DNA from: a virus
Direction: 5' to 3' (one strand)
Length of the DNA stretch: 41,630 nt
IMG/VR virus record: IMGVR_UViG_3300033172_000005
A program made the position numbers and the translations under genes. This document shows positions 6,543-15,259 of this stretch, piece after piece; positions within the stretch are counted from its first letter, which is position 1, and each line of letters opens with the position of its first letter. The notes under the pieces were generated by a model, which saw only the letters and a list, made by a program, of their open reading frames with translations, was not told the DNA's origin and made no database searches.

Positions 6543-8555
6543 CTACCCCTGCCTCACCTCTCCGACCGCCCACGGATCCGGTGCGCCCTCCGGCTCCCAA
6601 CTCAGCGCATCCTCCTGCGCATCGTACTCGGCGCGCTCCACGAAGACCGGCGTCAGCGCCGCGGCCATATCCACCTGCCCCGGCACGTCCGGCAGTTGCA
6701 CCCATCGCCCCGCCGGCAACACGCCCGGCTCCGCCTCCCGGTCCTGCTCACGCGTGATGCGCCCGTCGGCGTGCATCACCCAGTCGTAGCCCGCGCTCGC
6801 CGCCGGCTGCGCGTGGATCAGCACGCGCCGGCTCGCCTGCACCGTCGCCAACAGCCGCCTGTCCGCCGTCGTCCCCGACAGCAACAGATCCTCGATCTCG
6901 TCCAGCGCCGTGTGCTCGCCGCTGCGATACTGCCGCGCCTCGACGCCTACGCTGCCGTCGATAACCGCCCCGTCCAACAGATCGCCCATCGCCTGCACGA
7001 TGTCGTGCACCTGCGTCGCCGTGTCCTCCACGCCCCACGCCACAAACGGCATGTCCGCGTCCGGCGTGCGCGCCGCCCAGCTCGATCCCGTCCACAGTTT
7101 CAGGCTGCCCAGCCCGTAGCCGCTCTGCTCGTCCATGTCCACGACGTAATAGTCGATCAGGCTCGGCGTCCCCGTGCGGCTCAACACCACCCAGTACGTC
7201 GTCCCGTAGTTGATCGTGGTCGCCCCGCTGAATTTAAACGAGACCCAGCCCATGTTGCGGCTCAGGTCCGCCGCGTCGATCTCCGCCCCCTCGATCTCCG
7301 CGTACGGGTTGCCGCCGGAATTCGACCACAACGCGCAGCGCACCTTGTCCGACGGGTCGCCCTCCTTGCGCAGACGCACCGTGATCTCGCCCAGGTCAAA
7401 TGAGGCGTTGTACTCCGGCGTGAACGACTGGGCGACCATCTGCCCGTGCGCCGTAATCGTCAGGCTCGCGCCCGCGTCCTCTTCCGCAATCGTCTCCTTC
7501 ACCACCACGTACGAACGCCGGCTGATCGTCACATTCGCGCCGGCAGCCTCGTAGGTCACGCTCCCGTTTTTCACCTCCATCGCCGAAGCCCCGCCGGCTT
7601 TGACGGCGTAGATGCCGTCGTTGAGACTCGACCCTGCGATCTGGATCACGTCGTCGTTCTCGAAGACGCCCAGCCCGCCGGCGCTGTCGTATATGTCGTC
7701 GTCTTCCGTCTCGCCCGGCTCGGCGAACGTGATCGTGTTCGCCGTGTAGATCTCCATCTCCTGCTCGTTCAGGCTCGCCACGGTGTACGTGCCGTCGTTG
7801 CTCGCCGACCCGCTCACGACAAATTTGCTGCCCGGGTAGAGCGCGCTGCCCGTGTTGAATATGATGCGGCCCAACGCCTGGAAGCCGGTCTCCGTCGCCG
7901 ACGTTGCGCCCGCGCCCAGCGCCTGGTTGGCCCCGCCTGCGATCTCATGCCCCTCGCGGCCGGCCGGGTTGGCGTAATAGCGCCAGCCCAGCGTAGACCA
8001 CCAGCCGCGACAGCGCAGCGTGCCGCGCACGCCCTCGCCCGCGCCGCCGGCAATGGCGACCCCGCGCGGCACGGCGAACTGCGCCAACAGCCGGTCGCGG
8101 ATGGCGTCCGCCTGGATCTCATTCACGTCGCCCTTGCTGTACAGCAGCTCCCGCACGCCGTAGCGCGCGCTGCTCAGCGCGTCCTGCGCCCACTCGGTGG
8201 TCGCATCCTGCGTCGCCCCGGCGCCGTCCTCGTAGGTGTACTGCACCGCCACCCGGTTATACAGGTTCTCCAGGCTCAGGGAGATCGCCAGTTTCTCGCC
8301 CAGCCCCACCGTCACCTCGTCGATATAGCCCCACCAAACCGGCGTGCCCGTCCGGTTGCGGATGCGCACCCCATAGCGCAGCCAGCGCATCGTCTCCCAC
8401 AGCGCCGACAGCGGCCCCTCCGCCTCGATCTCCGCCTGCACCGGCCCGCCCACAGCCGCCGCGCTCCAGCGCCGCGGCCGCAGCGTCAGCGCCGGCGGAA
8501 CCGCAATCGGGTTGTGGTTGAGGTTGAGCGCCTCGACATAGTATCGTTCGGCCAT
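6543..8555 (-). CDS. Tail hub or baseplate protein (Tal-like, by position), 670 aa.
   Basis: Second gene after the tape measure. Large, well-composed ORF starting at the ATG at 8555. Confidence 0.6.
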   Translation of the reverse strand: MAERYYVEALNLNHNPIAVPPALTLRPRRWSAAAVGGPVQAEIEAEGPLSALWETMRWLRYGVRIRNRTGTPVWWGYIDEVTVGLGEKLAISLSLENLYNRVAVQYTYEDGAGATQDATTEWAQDALSSARYGVRELLYSKGDVNEIQADAIRDRLLAQFAVPRGVAIAGGAGEGVRGTLRCRGWWSTLGWRYYANPAGREGHEIAGGANQALGAGATSATETGFQALGRIIFNTGSALYPGSKFVVSGSASNDGTYTVASLNEQEMEIYTANTITFAEPGETEDDDIYDSAGGLGVFENDDVIQIAGSSLNDGIYAVKAGGASAMEVKNGSVTYEAAGANVTISRRSYVVVKETIAEEDAGASLTITAHGQMVAQSFTPEYNASFDLGEITVRLRKEGDPSDKVRCALWSNSGGNPYAEIEGAEIDAADLSRNMGWVSFKFSGATTINYGTTYWVVLSRTGTPSLIDYYVVDMDEQSGYGLGSLKLWTGSSWAARTPDADMPFVAWGVEDTATQVHDIVQAMGDLLDGAVIDGSVGVEARQYRSGEHTALDEIEDLLLSGTTADRRLLATVQASRRVLIHAQPAASAGYDWVMHADGRITREQDREAEPGVLPAGRWVQLPDVPGQVDMAAALTPVFVERAEYDAQEDALSWEPEGAPDPWAVGEVRQG

Positions 8556-8561
8556 GATTGC

Positions 8562-9884
8562 CTACACCGTCAGCCGCCGCGGGCGATGCCAGGCCCGCGC
8601 CGTAAATGTCGACCCCGCCACGAAGCCGGGGTCGAACTCGTCGAAGAGCACGCTCAGCCGCTGCGTTCGGCCCGGCCATACATGCACCGGCGGCCCAAAC
8701 GCCCGGAAATAGGGCTGATGCCCGCCCGCCGTGCCCTGCAGATACAGCAGCTCCTCCGGCCCGTCGTCGACCACCGCCTCGCCCTGCGCCAGGCTGAACG
8801 TCGGCGACTGGTAGATGCGCCGGTATTCGCCCCGCTCCGTCGGCGTGAACTGGACGAAGTCGAGCGTGGCGCTGCCGCCCGTCTCGCAGCGGATGCCCAG
8901 GCCCAACGAGACGGATGTCATGGCCGCGTCATAGCCGCCGGGCGGCAGCGGAACCGCGCCCAGGTCCCAGATGCTCGTGCGGGTCAGCGGCCCCGCGGCC
9001 TCGTCCCCCTCCCACAGCGGCGAGTACGCCGCGCCGCGCTTGCCGAACACCGCAGGCCTGACCGTCACGCCGCTCGCGCTCAACATGCTGAACACCAGCA
9101 ACAGCCGCCAGTATCGCCCGCCCAGGTGGCCCGTGAGCGTGTCGCTCAGGTCCCACATATAGCGCGTCGTGCCCGGGTCGCTGCTCCCGCTCCAGTTCAC
9201 CGTCGCCCCGCCGTTGGCTCCGACGCCGCGCACGAAGCGCGTCATCGTCGGCGTGCCGTGGACGATGTTGGCGATGTAGATGTTTTTCCAGTCGCACGGG
9301 CTGGCCTCCGCCTGCACGATCTCCAATTTCAGCGGAGAGGGCAACACCCCCGCCACCGCCGTGCCGGCAATCGACAGCCAATTCGTCTGCGCCGAGTTGG
9401 CGTCGTCGTTGTTATACGCCGTCGCCGGCGCCGTGCCCGGCGTCCCCCCTGTCCCGCTCGACGCCAGCGGGATCTGCGCCAATTCGCCCTCCCAGTAGAA
9501 GCGCCGCGTCACATGCACGCCCACCCGCGCCGTCGGCGTCGTCTCGCTCAACCGCCGCAGCATCGGGTTCGGGTCCCACTGCACGCGCCCGTCCAGCACC
9601 TCGCTGCGATAGTAGCCGTCGCCGCTGATCGCCTCATATTCCAGCCAGACCCGCGCCCCGACGCCGCGTTCCTGCCGGCGGCGCGCGCTGTCGAGCAATT
9701 TCTCCACGTCGTTGACCGCGCCGCGCACCGCCGAGGCCGTCCCGCGCAATACCGCCTCGACCGTCTCCGTCACCGTCTCCGCGTCCGGGTCCGGCGTCGT
9801 CGGGAAATAGGTGAACCCGCGCCACGTCCCCGAGTTAAACGTCACCGTCGTCGACCCGTCCGTCAGCCTGACCGTCGGCGCCAT
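8562..9884 (-). CDS. Distal tail protein candidate (440 aa).
   Basis: Lies immediately downstream of the tape measure. The N-terminus MAPTVRLTDGSTTVTFNSG resembles siphovirus tail family proteins. Confidence 0.6.
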   Translation of the reverse strand: MAPTVRLTDGSTTVTFNSGTWRGFTYFPTTPDPDAETVTETVEAVLRGTASAVRGAVNDVEKLLDSARRRQERGVGARVWLEYEAISGDGYYRSEVLDGRVQWDPNPMLRRLSETTPTARVGVHVTRRFYWEGELAQIPLASSGTGGTPGTAPATAYNNDDANSAQTNWLSIAGTAVAGVLPSPLKLEIVQAEASPCDWKNIYIANIVHGTPTMTRFVRGVGANGGATVNWSGSSDPGTTRYMWDLSDTLTGHLGGRYWRLLLVFSMLSASGVTVRPAVFGKRGAAYSPLWEGDEAAGPLTRTSIWDLGAVPLPPGGYDAAMTSVSLGLGIRCETGGSATLDFVQFTPTERGEYRRIYQSPTFSLAQGEAVVDDGPEELLYLQGTAGGHQPYFRAFGPPVHVWPGRTQRLSVLFDEFDPGFVAGSTFTARAWHRPRRLTV

Positions 9885-9887
9885 CTG

Positions 9888-12800
9888 CTATGCCCTCCTG
9901 CGAATCATGCCGGCGATGCGGTAGGCCAGCGCCTCTTCATCCAGATCCCCCGCCAGCTTCGCCACGCTCACGTTGACCGTCACCGGCGCCGGCTGCTCCA
10001 GCATGGCCCGCGTCTCGTCTGCGCTGAAGACCGCCGCGCCGCGCGGCAGGTTGACCAGCTCCGGCCCCTCCTCGCCCACCAGACTCAGCCCGCCGCGCCA
10101 GTACGGCGTGCCCGCCGCATTGGCCCCCACCGGCACGGCCGGCCCCGTCGCCCCCATGCCGCCGCGCACCGTCACCACCGGCGACCACGCCAGCAGTTCG
10201 CCCAGCCAGCCCGGCCGCGGCAGCTGCAGATCCCCGATCCAGCTCGGCCGCGGGATGCTCGGCCACACCCAGCGCGGCAGCGACGGCCAGCGCCACGCCG
10301 GATACGCCGGCCACACCCATTCCGGCAGCGACGGCCACGAGAACGAGAACGAGTTCAGCGCCTCCGCCGCCTGGTTGGCCGCATTCATCGCCGGGTCTTC
10401 GCCCGCCGGCGTCATCTTCATCACGCCCTCGACGGGCAGCCGCCCGGAGGCGTCGCCGCCTACCGCCGTCAGGTCCAGGCTCTGGATCTCCAGCGCCCCG
10501 TTCACCGCCGGCAGCCCGCCGTCGAACTGCGTCGGGTCCACCATCACATCCTCGATGCTGAACGGGCAGGAGATCGCCTCGATGTCCGGCGGCACTACGA
10601 TCTCCGTCGCCTCCACCGTCGCCTCGATTTTGTTGCCGCGGCCGAACAGGTTGTTCACGTTCGACCAGATGTCGCCCCACGTCGGCACGCCCAGCCGCTG
10701 CTCCGCCGCGCCCATGACCTTGCCGACCGGCCCCAACGTCAACGTCTCCAGCGGCGTCTGCTGCGCAAACTGGCTCTTAATCGCCAGCAGGATGGCGTCC
10801 TTGATCGCCGTCCCGATGCCGCTCCAGTCCGCCTGCGCCAGGCCGGTCACGACGCCGGTCAGGAAATTCTGCACGAAGGCGTCGACGTTGGCCTGAAACT
10901 GCGTGATGTCCGTGGCGGAAATCTGGTTCATGAAATTGCCCACGAACGCCGCCGCCGCCTCGACGATGGCCGCCGTCGCCGTGCCCACCGCTACGCCCAG
11001 GTCCGTGGCGAACGTCTCGCTGCCCAGCATCTCGCCCAGCTTGGACGAGATCGCCTTGCTCAAATTGCCCGACGCTGTGCCCAGGTCTCCGAAATTGCCC
11101 GGGTCGAACACGGCCGCAATGCCCTCGCTCAGCGCCGTAGCCGAGGCCGCCAGCGCCGTCGTGATGGCCTCCGCATCCCACGCGCTCACCGCGTCGCTCA
11201 ACAGATTCATCAGCGCGGTCAGCCCCTTGGTCAGCGCGCCCGTCGCAGTCAGGATCACGTCGGTCTTCGTGGCGTTGACCACGCCGATTGTCTCTAGGAT
11301 GCTCGCCACCGCGGCGTTGAACCGCGCCGCCGCGGCCATGTCGCCGACCTCGCCCATGCGCGTCTGGATGCGGTTCACCACGCCCGCCACGCGGTCGACG
11401 TTGCGCTGTACGAACTCCGCCGCCGGCCCGCTCTCCGCCAGCACGCTCTGCACCCACTGCCGCGCCGCCGCCGTGGTGCGCTCCACCCAGGCGCGGATGC
11501 CGCTTTCGTCGACGAACGCCTCCGCCTGCGCTATCGCCGCGTTGGCCTGCATGCGCAGCGCCGCCATGCCCATCACCGCCGCCAGCAGCGCCGTCTGCTG
11601 CAGGTCCGCCAGCCCCGCGCCGATGGCCTCGCCCACGCTCGCCGTCTTGCTGCGCGCCAGCTCGGCAATGCCCGCCCAGCTCCCCGTCTCGAAGGCCGCC
11701 TCGAATTCGACCGCCAGGCTCTGCACATGCGCCGTGACCTCCGCCACCTGCGTCGTCGCCTGCGTTTTGATCTCCTCGATCGTCGCCGCATCCAGCCCCT
11801 GGACCATCCCCGCCAGCGCCGTCGCCGCATTCGTCAGCGCCGTCGCCGCGTTCGTCGCCCACGCCGCCACCGTCTCCAGGATGCCCATCTGCTGCAGATA
11901 CGGGTACGCCAGCCACGCCGCCGCGCCGATCGCCGCCACAGCCGCCACGACCAGCCCCGCCGGCGAGACCAGCGCCGACGCCGCCACGGTCAGCGACCCC
12001 AGCGCCATCAGCAGCGGACCCGCCGCCGCAGCCGCCGCCGCCGCCGTCACGATCCAGAACTGCAGCTTGGGGTTGGCGTTGGCGAAGGCGTCCGCCAGCG
12101 CCAACGCCTTCTCCGCAATCGGCTCCAGCGCGTCCAGCGCCGCCAGTTTGGCCGGCCCCAGCCCGTCGTTGATCTTCTGCAGGAACACCTCCCAGCGGAT
12201 GCCGGCCTGCTGCGCGGCGAAGCCGGCGGCGTTTATGCCCTCCGTCTGCGCGCGGAATGCGGCGTCCGTCGCGCCCGCCGCATTCTCCATCGCCCCCAAT
12301 TTTTCCGTATAATCGTCCGCCAGCGGACCCGCCAGCGCCAACGCCAGCGTCTGCCCCTCGATGCTGCCGATGAATTTCTGCAGCGGCGTTCCGCTCGCCT
12401 CCGCCGCCGCCACGATTGCCTGGATGGCCCCGATCAGGCCGTATTGCTGCAGCATGGCCGCGCCGGTCTCGACGTTCATCGCCTTGAACAGATTCGTCAT
12501 GTCCGCCGTAGGGGCCATCAGGCTCTGCAATATGCCGCGCAGCTGCGTGCTGACCTCGCTGGCGCCGCCCGTGACGCCCGTGGCCGTCGCCATGACGGCG
12601 AACAATTCCTCCTGCGCCACTGCCAGCGCCGACGCCAGCGGCACGACGCGCCCGATGCTCGCCGCCAGTTCCGGGAAACTCGTCTGCCCCAACTGCACCG
12701 TCACGAACGCCAGGTCGCTGGCGTGCTGCACCGCCTCCGCCGAGGTGTCCCCGTATCCCTTCGTCACGGCCGAGGTGAGCGCAATCGCATCGTTCACCGT

Positions 12801-13208
12801 CGCCAGCCCGGCGGCCGCCGCCTTGACGTTGGTCTCCAGAATGCGCGCCGTGTCCGCGCTGTCGCCGAAGGCGGAGACGACCTGATACAGGCCCTGCGCC
12901 ACGTCGGTGGTGCTCTTGCCCGCCTCGATCGCCAGGTCCTGCACCGCCGTTTTCAGCTCGCGCGTGCGCTCCGCCGCCAGCCCCAGGCTCTGCACGTTGC
13001 CCATCTCGCGGTCGAGCGCCGTCCCCGCCTTCGTCGCCATGGCGGCGATGCCGATCAACGGCGCGGTAATGCCGGCCGTCATGACCTTGCCCGCGTTCTG
13101 CATGGCCCGGCCCGCTGCCTTCACGCTCTGCTCCGCGCTCGCCAAGCCGCGCTCCAGGGCGGTCGTGTTCGCCTCGATCTTGATTGCCAACGTGCCGATT
13201 GTCGCCAT
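9888..13208 (-). CDS. Tail tape measure protein (1106 aa).
   Basis: N-terminal tape-measure core (AGKSTTDVAQGLYQVVSAFGD...LAFVTVQLGQTSFPELA), long Ala-rich helices and a W/P-rich repeat block (WPSLPEWVWPAYPAWRWPSLPRWVWPSIP). Follows the G/GT chaperones. Confidence 0.9.
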   Translation of the reverse strand: MATIGTLAIKIEANTTALERGLASAEQSVKAAGRAMQNAGKVMTAGITAPLIGIAAMATKAGTALDREMGNVQSLGLAAERTRELKTAVQDLAIEAGKSTTDVAQGLYQVVSAFGDSADTARILETNVKAAAAGLATVNDAIALTSAVTKGYGDTSAEAVQHASDLAFVTVQLGQTSFPELAASIGRVVPLASALAVAQEELFAVMATATGVTGGASEVSTQLRGILQSLMAPTADMTNLFKAMNVETGAAMLQQYGLIGAIQAIVAAAEASGTPLQKFIGSIEGQTLALALAGPLADDYTEKLGAMENAAGATDAAFRAQTEGINAAGFAAQQAGIRWEVFLQKINDGLGPAKLAALDALEPIAEKALALADAFANANPKLQFWIVTAAAAAAAAGPLLMALGSLTVAASALVSPAGLVVAAVAAIGAAAWLAYPYLQQMGILETVAAWATNAATALTNAATALAGMVQGLDAATIEEIKTQATTQVAEVTAHVQSLAVEFEAAFETGSWAGIAELARSKTASVGEAIGAGLADLQQTALLAAVMGMAALRMQANAAIAQAEAFVDESGIRAWVERTTAAARQWVQSVLAESGPAAEFVQRNVDRVAGVVNRIQTRMGEVGDMAAAARFNAAVASILETIGVVNATKTDVILTATGALTKGLTALMNLLSDAVSAWDAEAITTALAASATALSEGIAAVFDPGNFGDLGTASGNLSKAISSKLGEMLGSETFATDLGVAVGTATAAIVEAAAAFVGNFMNQISATDITQFQANVDAFVQNFLTGVVTGLAQADWSGIGTAIKDAILLAIKSQFAQQTPLETLTLGPVGKVMGAAEQRLGVPTWGDIWSNVNNLFGRGNKIEATVEATEIVVPPDIEAISCPFSIEDVMVDPTQFDGGLPAVNGALEIQSLDLTAVGGDASGRLPVEGVMKMTPAGEDPAMNAANQAAEALNSFSFSWPSLPEWVWPAYPAWRWPSLPRWVWPSIPRPSWIGDLQLPRPGWLGELLAWSPVVTVRGGMGATGPAVPVGANAAGTPYWRGGLSLVGEEGPELVNLPRGAAVFSADETRAMLEQPAPVTVNVSVAKLAGDLDEEALAYRIAGMIRRRA

Positions 13209-13522
13209 CAGCGTCCCCTCTTCAGCATCTCAAATATCGCCACCTGCTCGTCTATCGTCTGCGGCGGCGGCGGCTCTCTGCCGAACTCCGGCATGAAGTC
13301 GTCCGGCGTAAACGCTTTGCCCCAGTTCGCGTTGGCGATCACGCTGGCGACCAGCGCCGCCCGGTAGTCTGCCCGCCACTCGCCCCACGGCTCGATCTGC
13401 GCATACGCCTCCCACTCCGCCAGCTCGCGCCCGTCGATGCGCGCCAGCAGCTCGCGCACCGTCAGGCCCAGCGCCAACGCTAGGCGGAAGCGGAATCGCC
13501 GGCGGGGATCCCGTCTAAATTT
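13208..13522 (-). CDS. gpT-like -1 frame extension, expressed as a G-T fusion by programmed frameshift.
   Basis: After the slip the -1 frame reads KFRRDPRRRFRFRLALALGLTVRELLARIDGRELAEWEAYAQIEPWGEW... Its stop (TGA) overlaps the tape measure ATG by 1 nt. Confidence 0.75.
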   Translation of the reverse strand, partial: KFRRDPRRRFRFRLALALGLTVRELLARIDGRELAEWEAYAQIEPWGEWRADYRAALVASVIANANWGKAFTPDDFMPEFGREPPPPQTIDEQVAIFEMLKRGR

Positions 13523-13881
13523 TCCGCCAGCTCCTGCACGTCCTCGTCGCTGATGCCGCTCAATCGCGATGCCGCGTCGAACACCCGGTCGAGCGCCGCC
13601 GCGCTCTTCGCGCCCAGCGCCTCCACGTCCGTCCGGCTGAACAGCAGTTTGCCGTCCTCGCCGACCACCGACGCCGCCACCAGTTTGGCGCGGATGTTGT
13701 ACGTGTTGCGCTCGACCTTCCGTCCGTTGGTCGTCACGATCTCCGCCTCGAAGGCGTCGCGCTGCGCGCCCGTCAACGTGCGCACGCGCACCGCGCCGCC
13801 CCACTCCGGCACCTCTACATCCTCGGTGGGCAGGTCGTTCGCCGCCAGGATCGCCTCGCGGCTCAATAGTTTTTTCGCCAT
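13480..13881 (-). CDS. Tail assembly chaperone (gpG-like).
   Basis: Lies between the major tail and tape measure genes. ATG at 13881 (MAKKLL) behind a GAGCGAGGA SD. Contains the slippery site near its 3' end. Confidence 0.8.
   Translation of the reverse strand: MAKKLLSREAILAANDLPTEDVEVPEWGGAVRVRTLTGAQRDAFEAEIVTTNGRKVERNTYNIRAKLVAASVVGEDGKLLFSRTDVEALGAKSAAALDRVFDAASRLSGISDEDVQELAENLDGIPAGDSASA
13516..13522 (-). promoter_or_regulatory. Canonical -1 slippery heptamer A_AAT_TTA.
   Basis: The zero frame reads GAA AAT TTA, verified against the track translation ...ENLDGIPAGDSASA*. The X_XXY_YYZ pattern is satisfied. Confidence 0.75.
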
Positions 13882-13957
13882 AGTATCCTCGCTCTCGTTT
13901 AGGTGGGGATGCCGTGCGCCGCCCGGCGACTCTGGCGGGCGGCGCACGGCGCACATA

Positions 13958-14359
13958 TTAGGTAATCGGGCCGGTCAGCTTGAGGGTAACGCTTCCCTCC
14001 AACTTGTCGTCGTACTGCCCGCCGCCGCTCATGGAGCGCACGAACGCCGTGAAGTTGTACACGGTGTTGGCCGAGTCGCTCCACTTGATGGCATACTGCG
14101 CCGTCCCGCGCCCTTCCAGCGCGGCCTTCATCGCCGCGTGCGAGGTCGCCCCGGGGTCGAAATTCAGATCCAGGGTCACCTCGCCCGGCTCGATCATCCC
14201 GGCGACGTATTCCCGAAACGCGCTCGCCCCGTCCATCGCGCTCACGTCGATCTGGTCGCTCTGCAGACCAGACCACTGCACGCGCGTCACGTTCGCCAGC
14301 GCCGTCCCGGCCGTGCCGCCGATATACAACGTAGTCCCAAATGCCGCTGCTCCGCTCAT
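13958..14359 (-). CDS. Major tail protein (133 aa).
   Basis: Lies just upstream of the chaperones. Size and sequence (TTLYIGG...VTLDLNFDPG...YNFTAFV) are typical of siphovirus tail tube proteins. Confidence 0.75.
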   Translation of the reverse strand: MSGAAAFGTTLYIGGTAGTALANVTRVQWSGLQSDQIDVSAMDGASAFREYVAGMIEPGEVTLDLNFDPGATSHAAMKAALEGRGTAQYAIKWSDSANTVYNFTAFVRSMSGGGQYDDKLEGSVTLKLTGPIT

Positions 14360-14362
14360 CGC

Positions 14363-14761
14363 CTACTCCTCATACTGCACCATAAAATCCGCTGCAACCG
14401 TGTGGACGCGCGCCTCCTCGTCGAAGCCCACAGCAAACACGCCCTCGCTCAGACAGGCCCAGATGTCCACGGTCGACGCCGTGCCCCGGTATCCGTCGAG
14501 CGCCCCCAGCACTGCCGCCGCAATCGCCCGCGCGTTGGCGTAACTGCCGCTATGGCACAGATAACTCACCCGCGCCCAGGCCAGCCCCTCCGGCCCCGCC
14601 ATGTCGTGGTGGGGCGAGCCGCTGACCAGCTCGTACGTGATGTAATCTGCGCCTGCAACGCTCTGCGCCGCGACCACCGGGTAGATCCGGGTGGATACCA
14701 GGCCGGTCACGCCGCTCGTCGCCACAAGCTTGGCGTACAGCGCCTCCTCTATCGTCGCCAT
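14363..14761 (-). CDS. Tail completion or tail terminator-like protein (DUF3168-like).
   Basis: ATG at 14761 (MATIEEALYAKL...RIYP...) shares 1 nt with the upstream TAA stop. Position is between the gp10-like gene and the major tail gene. Confidence 0.65.
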   Translation of the reverse strand: MATIEEALYAKLVATSGVTGLVSTRIYPVVAAQSVAGADYITYELVSGSPHHDMAGPEGLAWARVSYLCHSGSYANARAIAAAVLGALDGYRGTASTVDIWACLSEGVFAVGFDEEARVHTVAADFMVQYEE

Positions 14762-15207
14762 TAAATCCTCGCGGCCTTCTTCGTCGCCGCCGACATCGCC
14801 GCCTGCGCTTTCTCCCGGCTTGTGTCGACTGCCGGGCGCATAAACGGCCGCGCCCGTGCGCCCGGGTGCCGCGCCCACGCCACCAGCCGCCCGCCGATGA
14901 GCAGCGCGCGCCGGCGTCGCGGCCGGATCATGTGCGGCCGCGTGCCGAACTCAACCAGGTGCGCGATCTTCCTGTGCGCCTTGCCCGGCCGCACCTCGAC
15001 CGTCACATCGGTGCGCCGGCGGCGCGTGGTCTTCTGCTCCAGGTCCTCGGCAATCGAGCCGGGCGCGCGGCGCATCGCCGCCTCGCGCACCACGGTTGCG
15101 CCGGCGTGACAGATCACCTCCAGCCCGTCCGCCACGTCCACGCCGCGCCGGTGCAGCTCGCGCACCACGTCGTCTATACCGTCCACCCGCACGCTGATAT
15201 TCGCCAT
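14761..15207 (-). CDS. HK97 gp10-like head-tail joining or tail component.
   Basis: MANISVRVDGIDDVVRELHRRG...HLVEFGT matches the gp10 family pattern. ATG at 15207. Confidence 0.7.
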   Translation of the reverse strand: MANISVRVDGIDDVVRELHRRGVDVADGLEVICHAGATVVREAAMRRAPGSIAEDLEQKTTRRRRTDVTVEVRPGKAHRKIAHLVEFGTRPHMIRPRRRRALLIGGRLVAWARHPGARARPFMRPAVDTSREKAQAAMSAATKKAARI

Positions 15208-15229
15208 GCACAACCTTTGCACACTGTTT

Positions 15230-15257
15230 TGTGGCGATAATCTACATTATCGCCACA
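15230..15257. repeat. Perfect 12-bp stem hairpin at the junction between the endolysin and the gp10-like gene.
   Basis: TGTGGCGATAAT 15230..15241 pairs with ATTATCGCCACA 15246..15257, loop CTAC. No U-tract on either strand. Confidence 0.7.
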
Positions 15258-15259
15258 GT

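Noticed and set aside
7446-11297. Very long plus-strand ORF (1283 aa) antisense to the tail genes. Similar plus-strand ORFs occur at 21123..24881 (1252 aa), 15206..17275, 17262..19154 and 6015..7403.
   Set aside because: The translations are dominated by R/P/A/H/Q runs with no motifs. They lie antisense to well-supported structural genes. This is typical of stop-codon-poor antisense frames in high-GC DNA.
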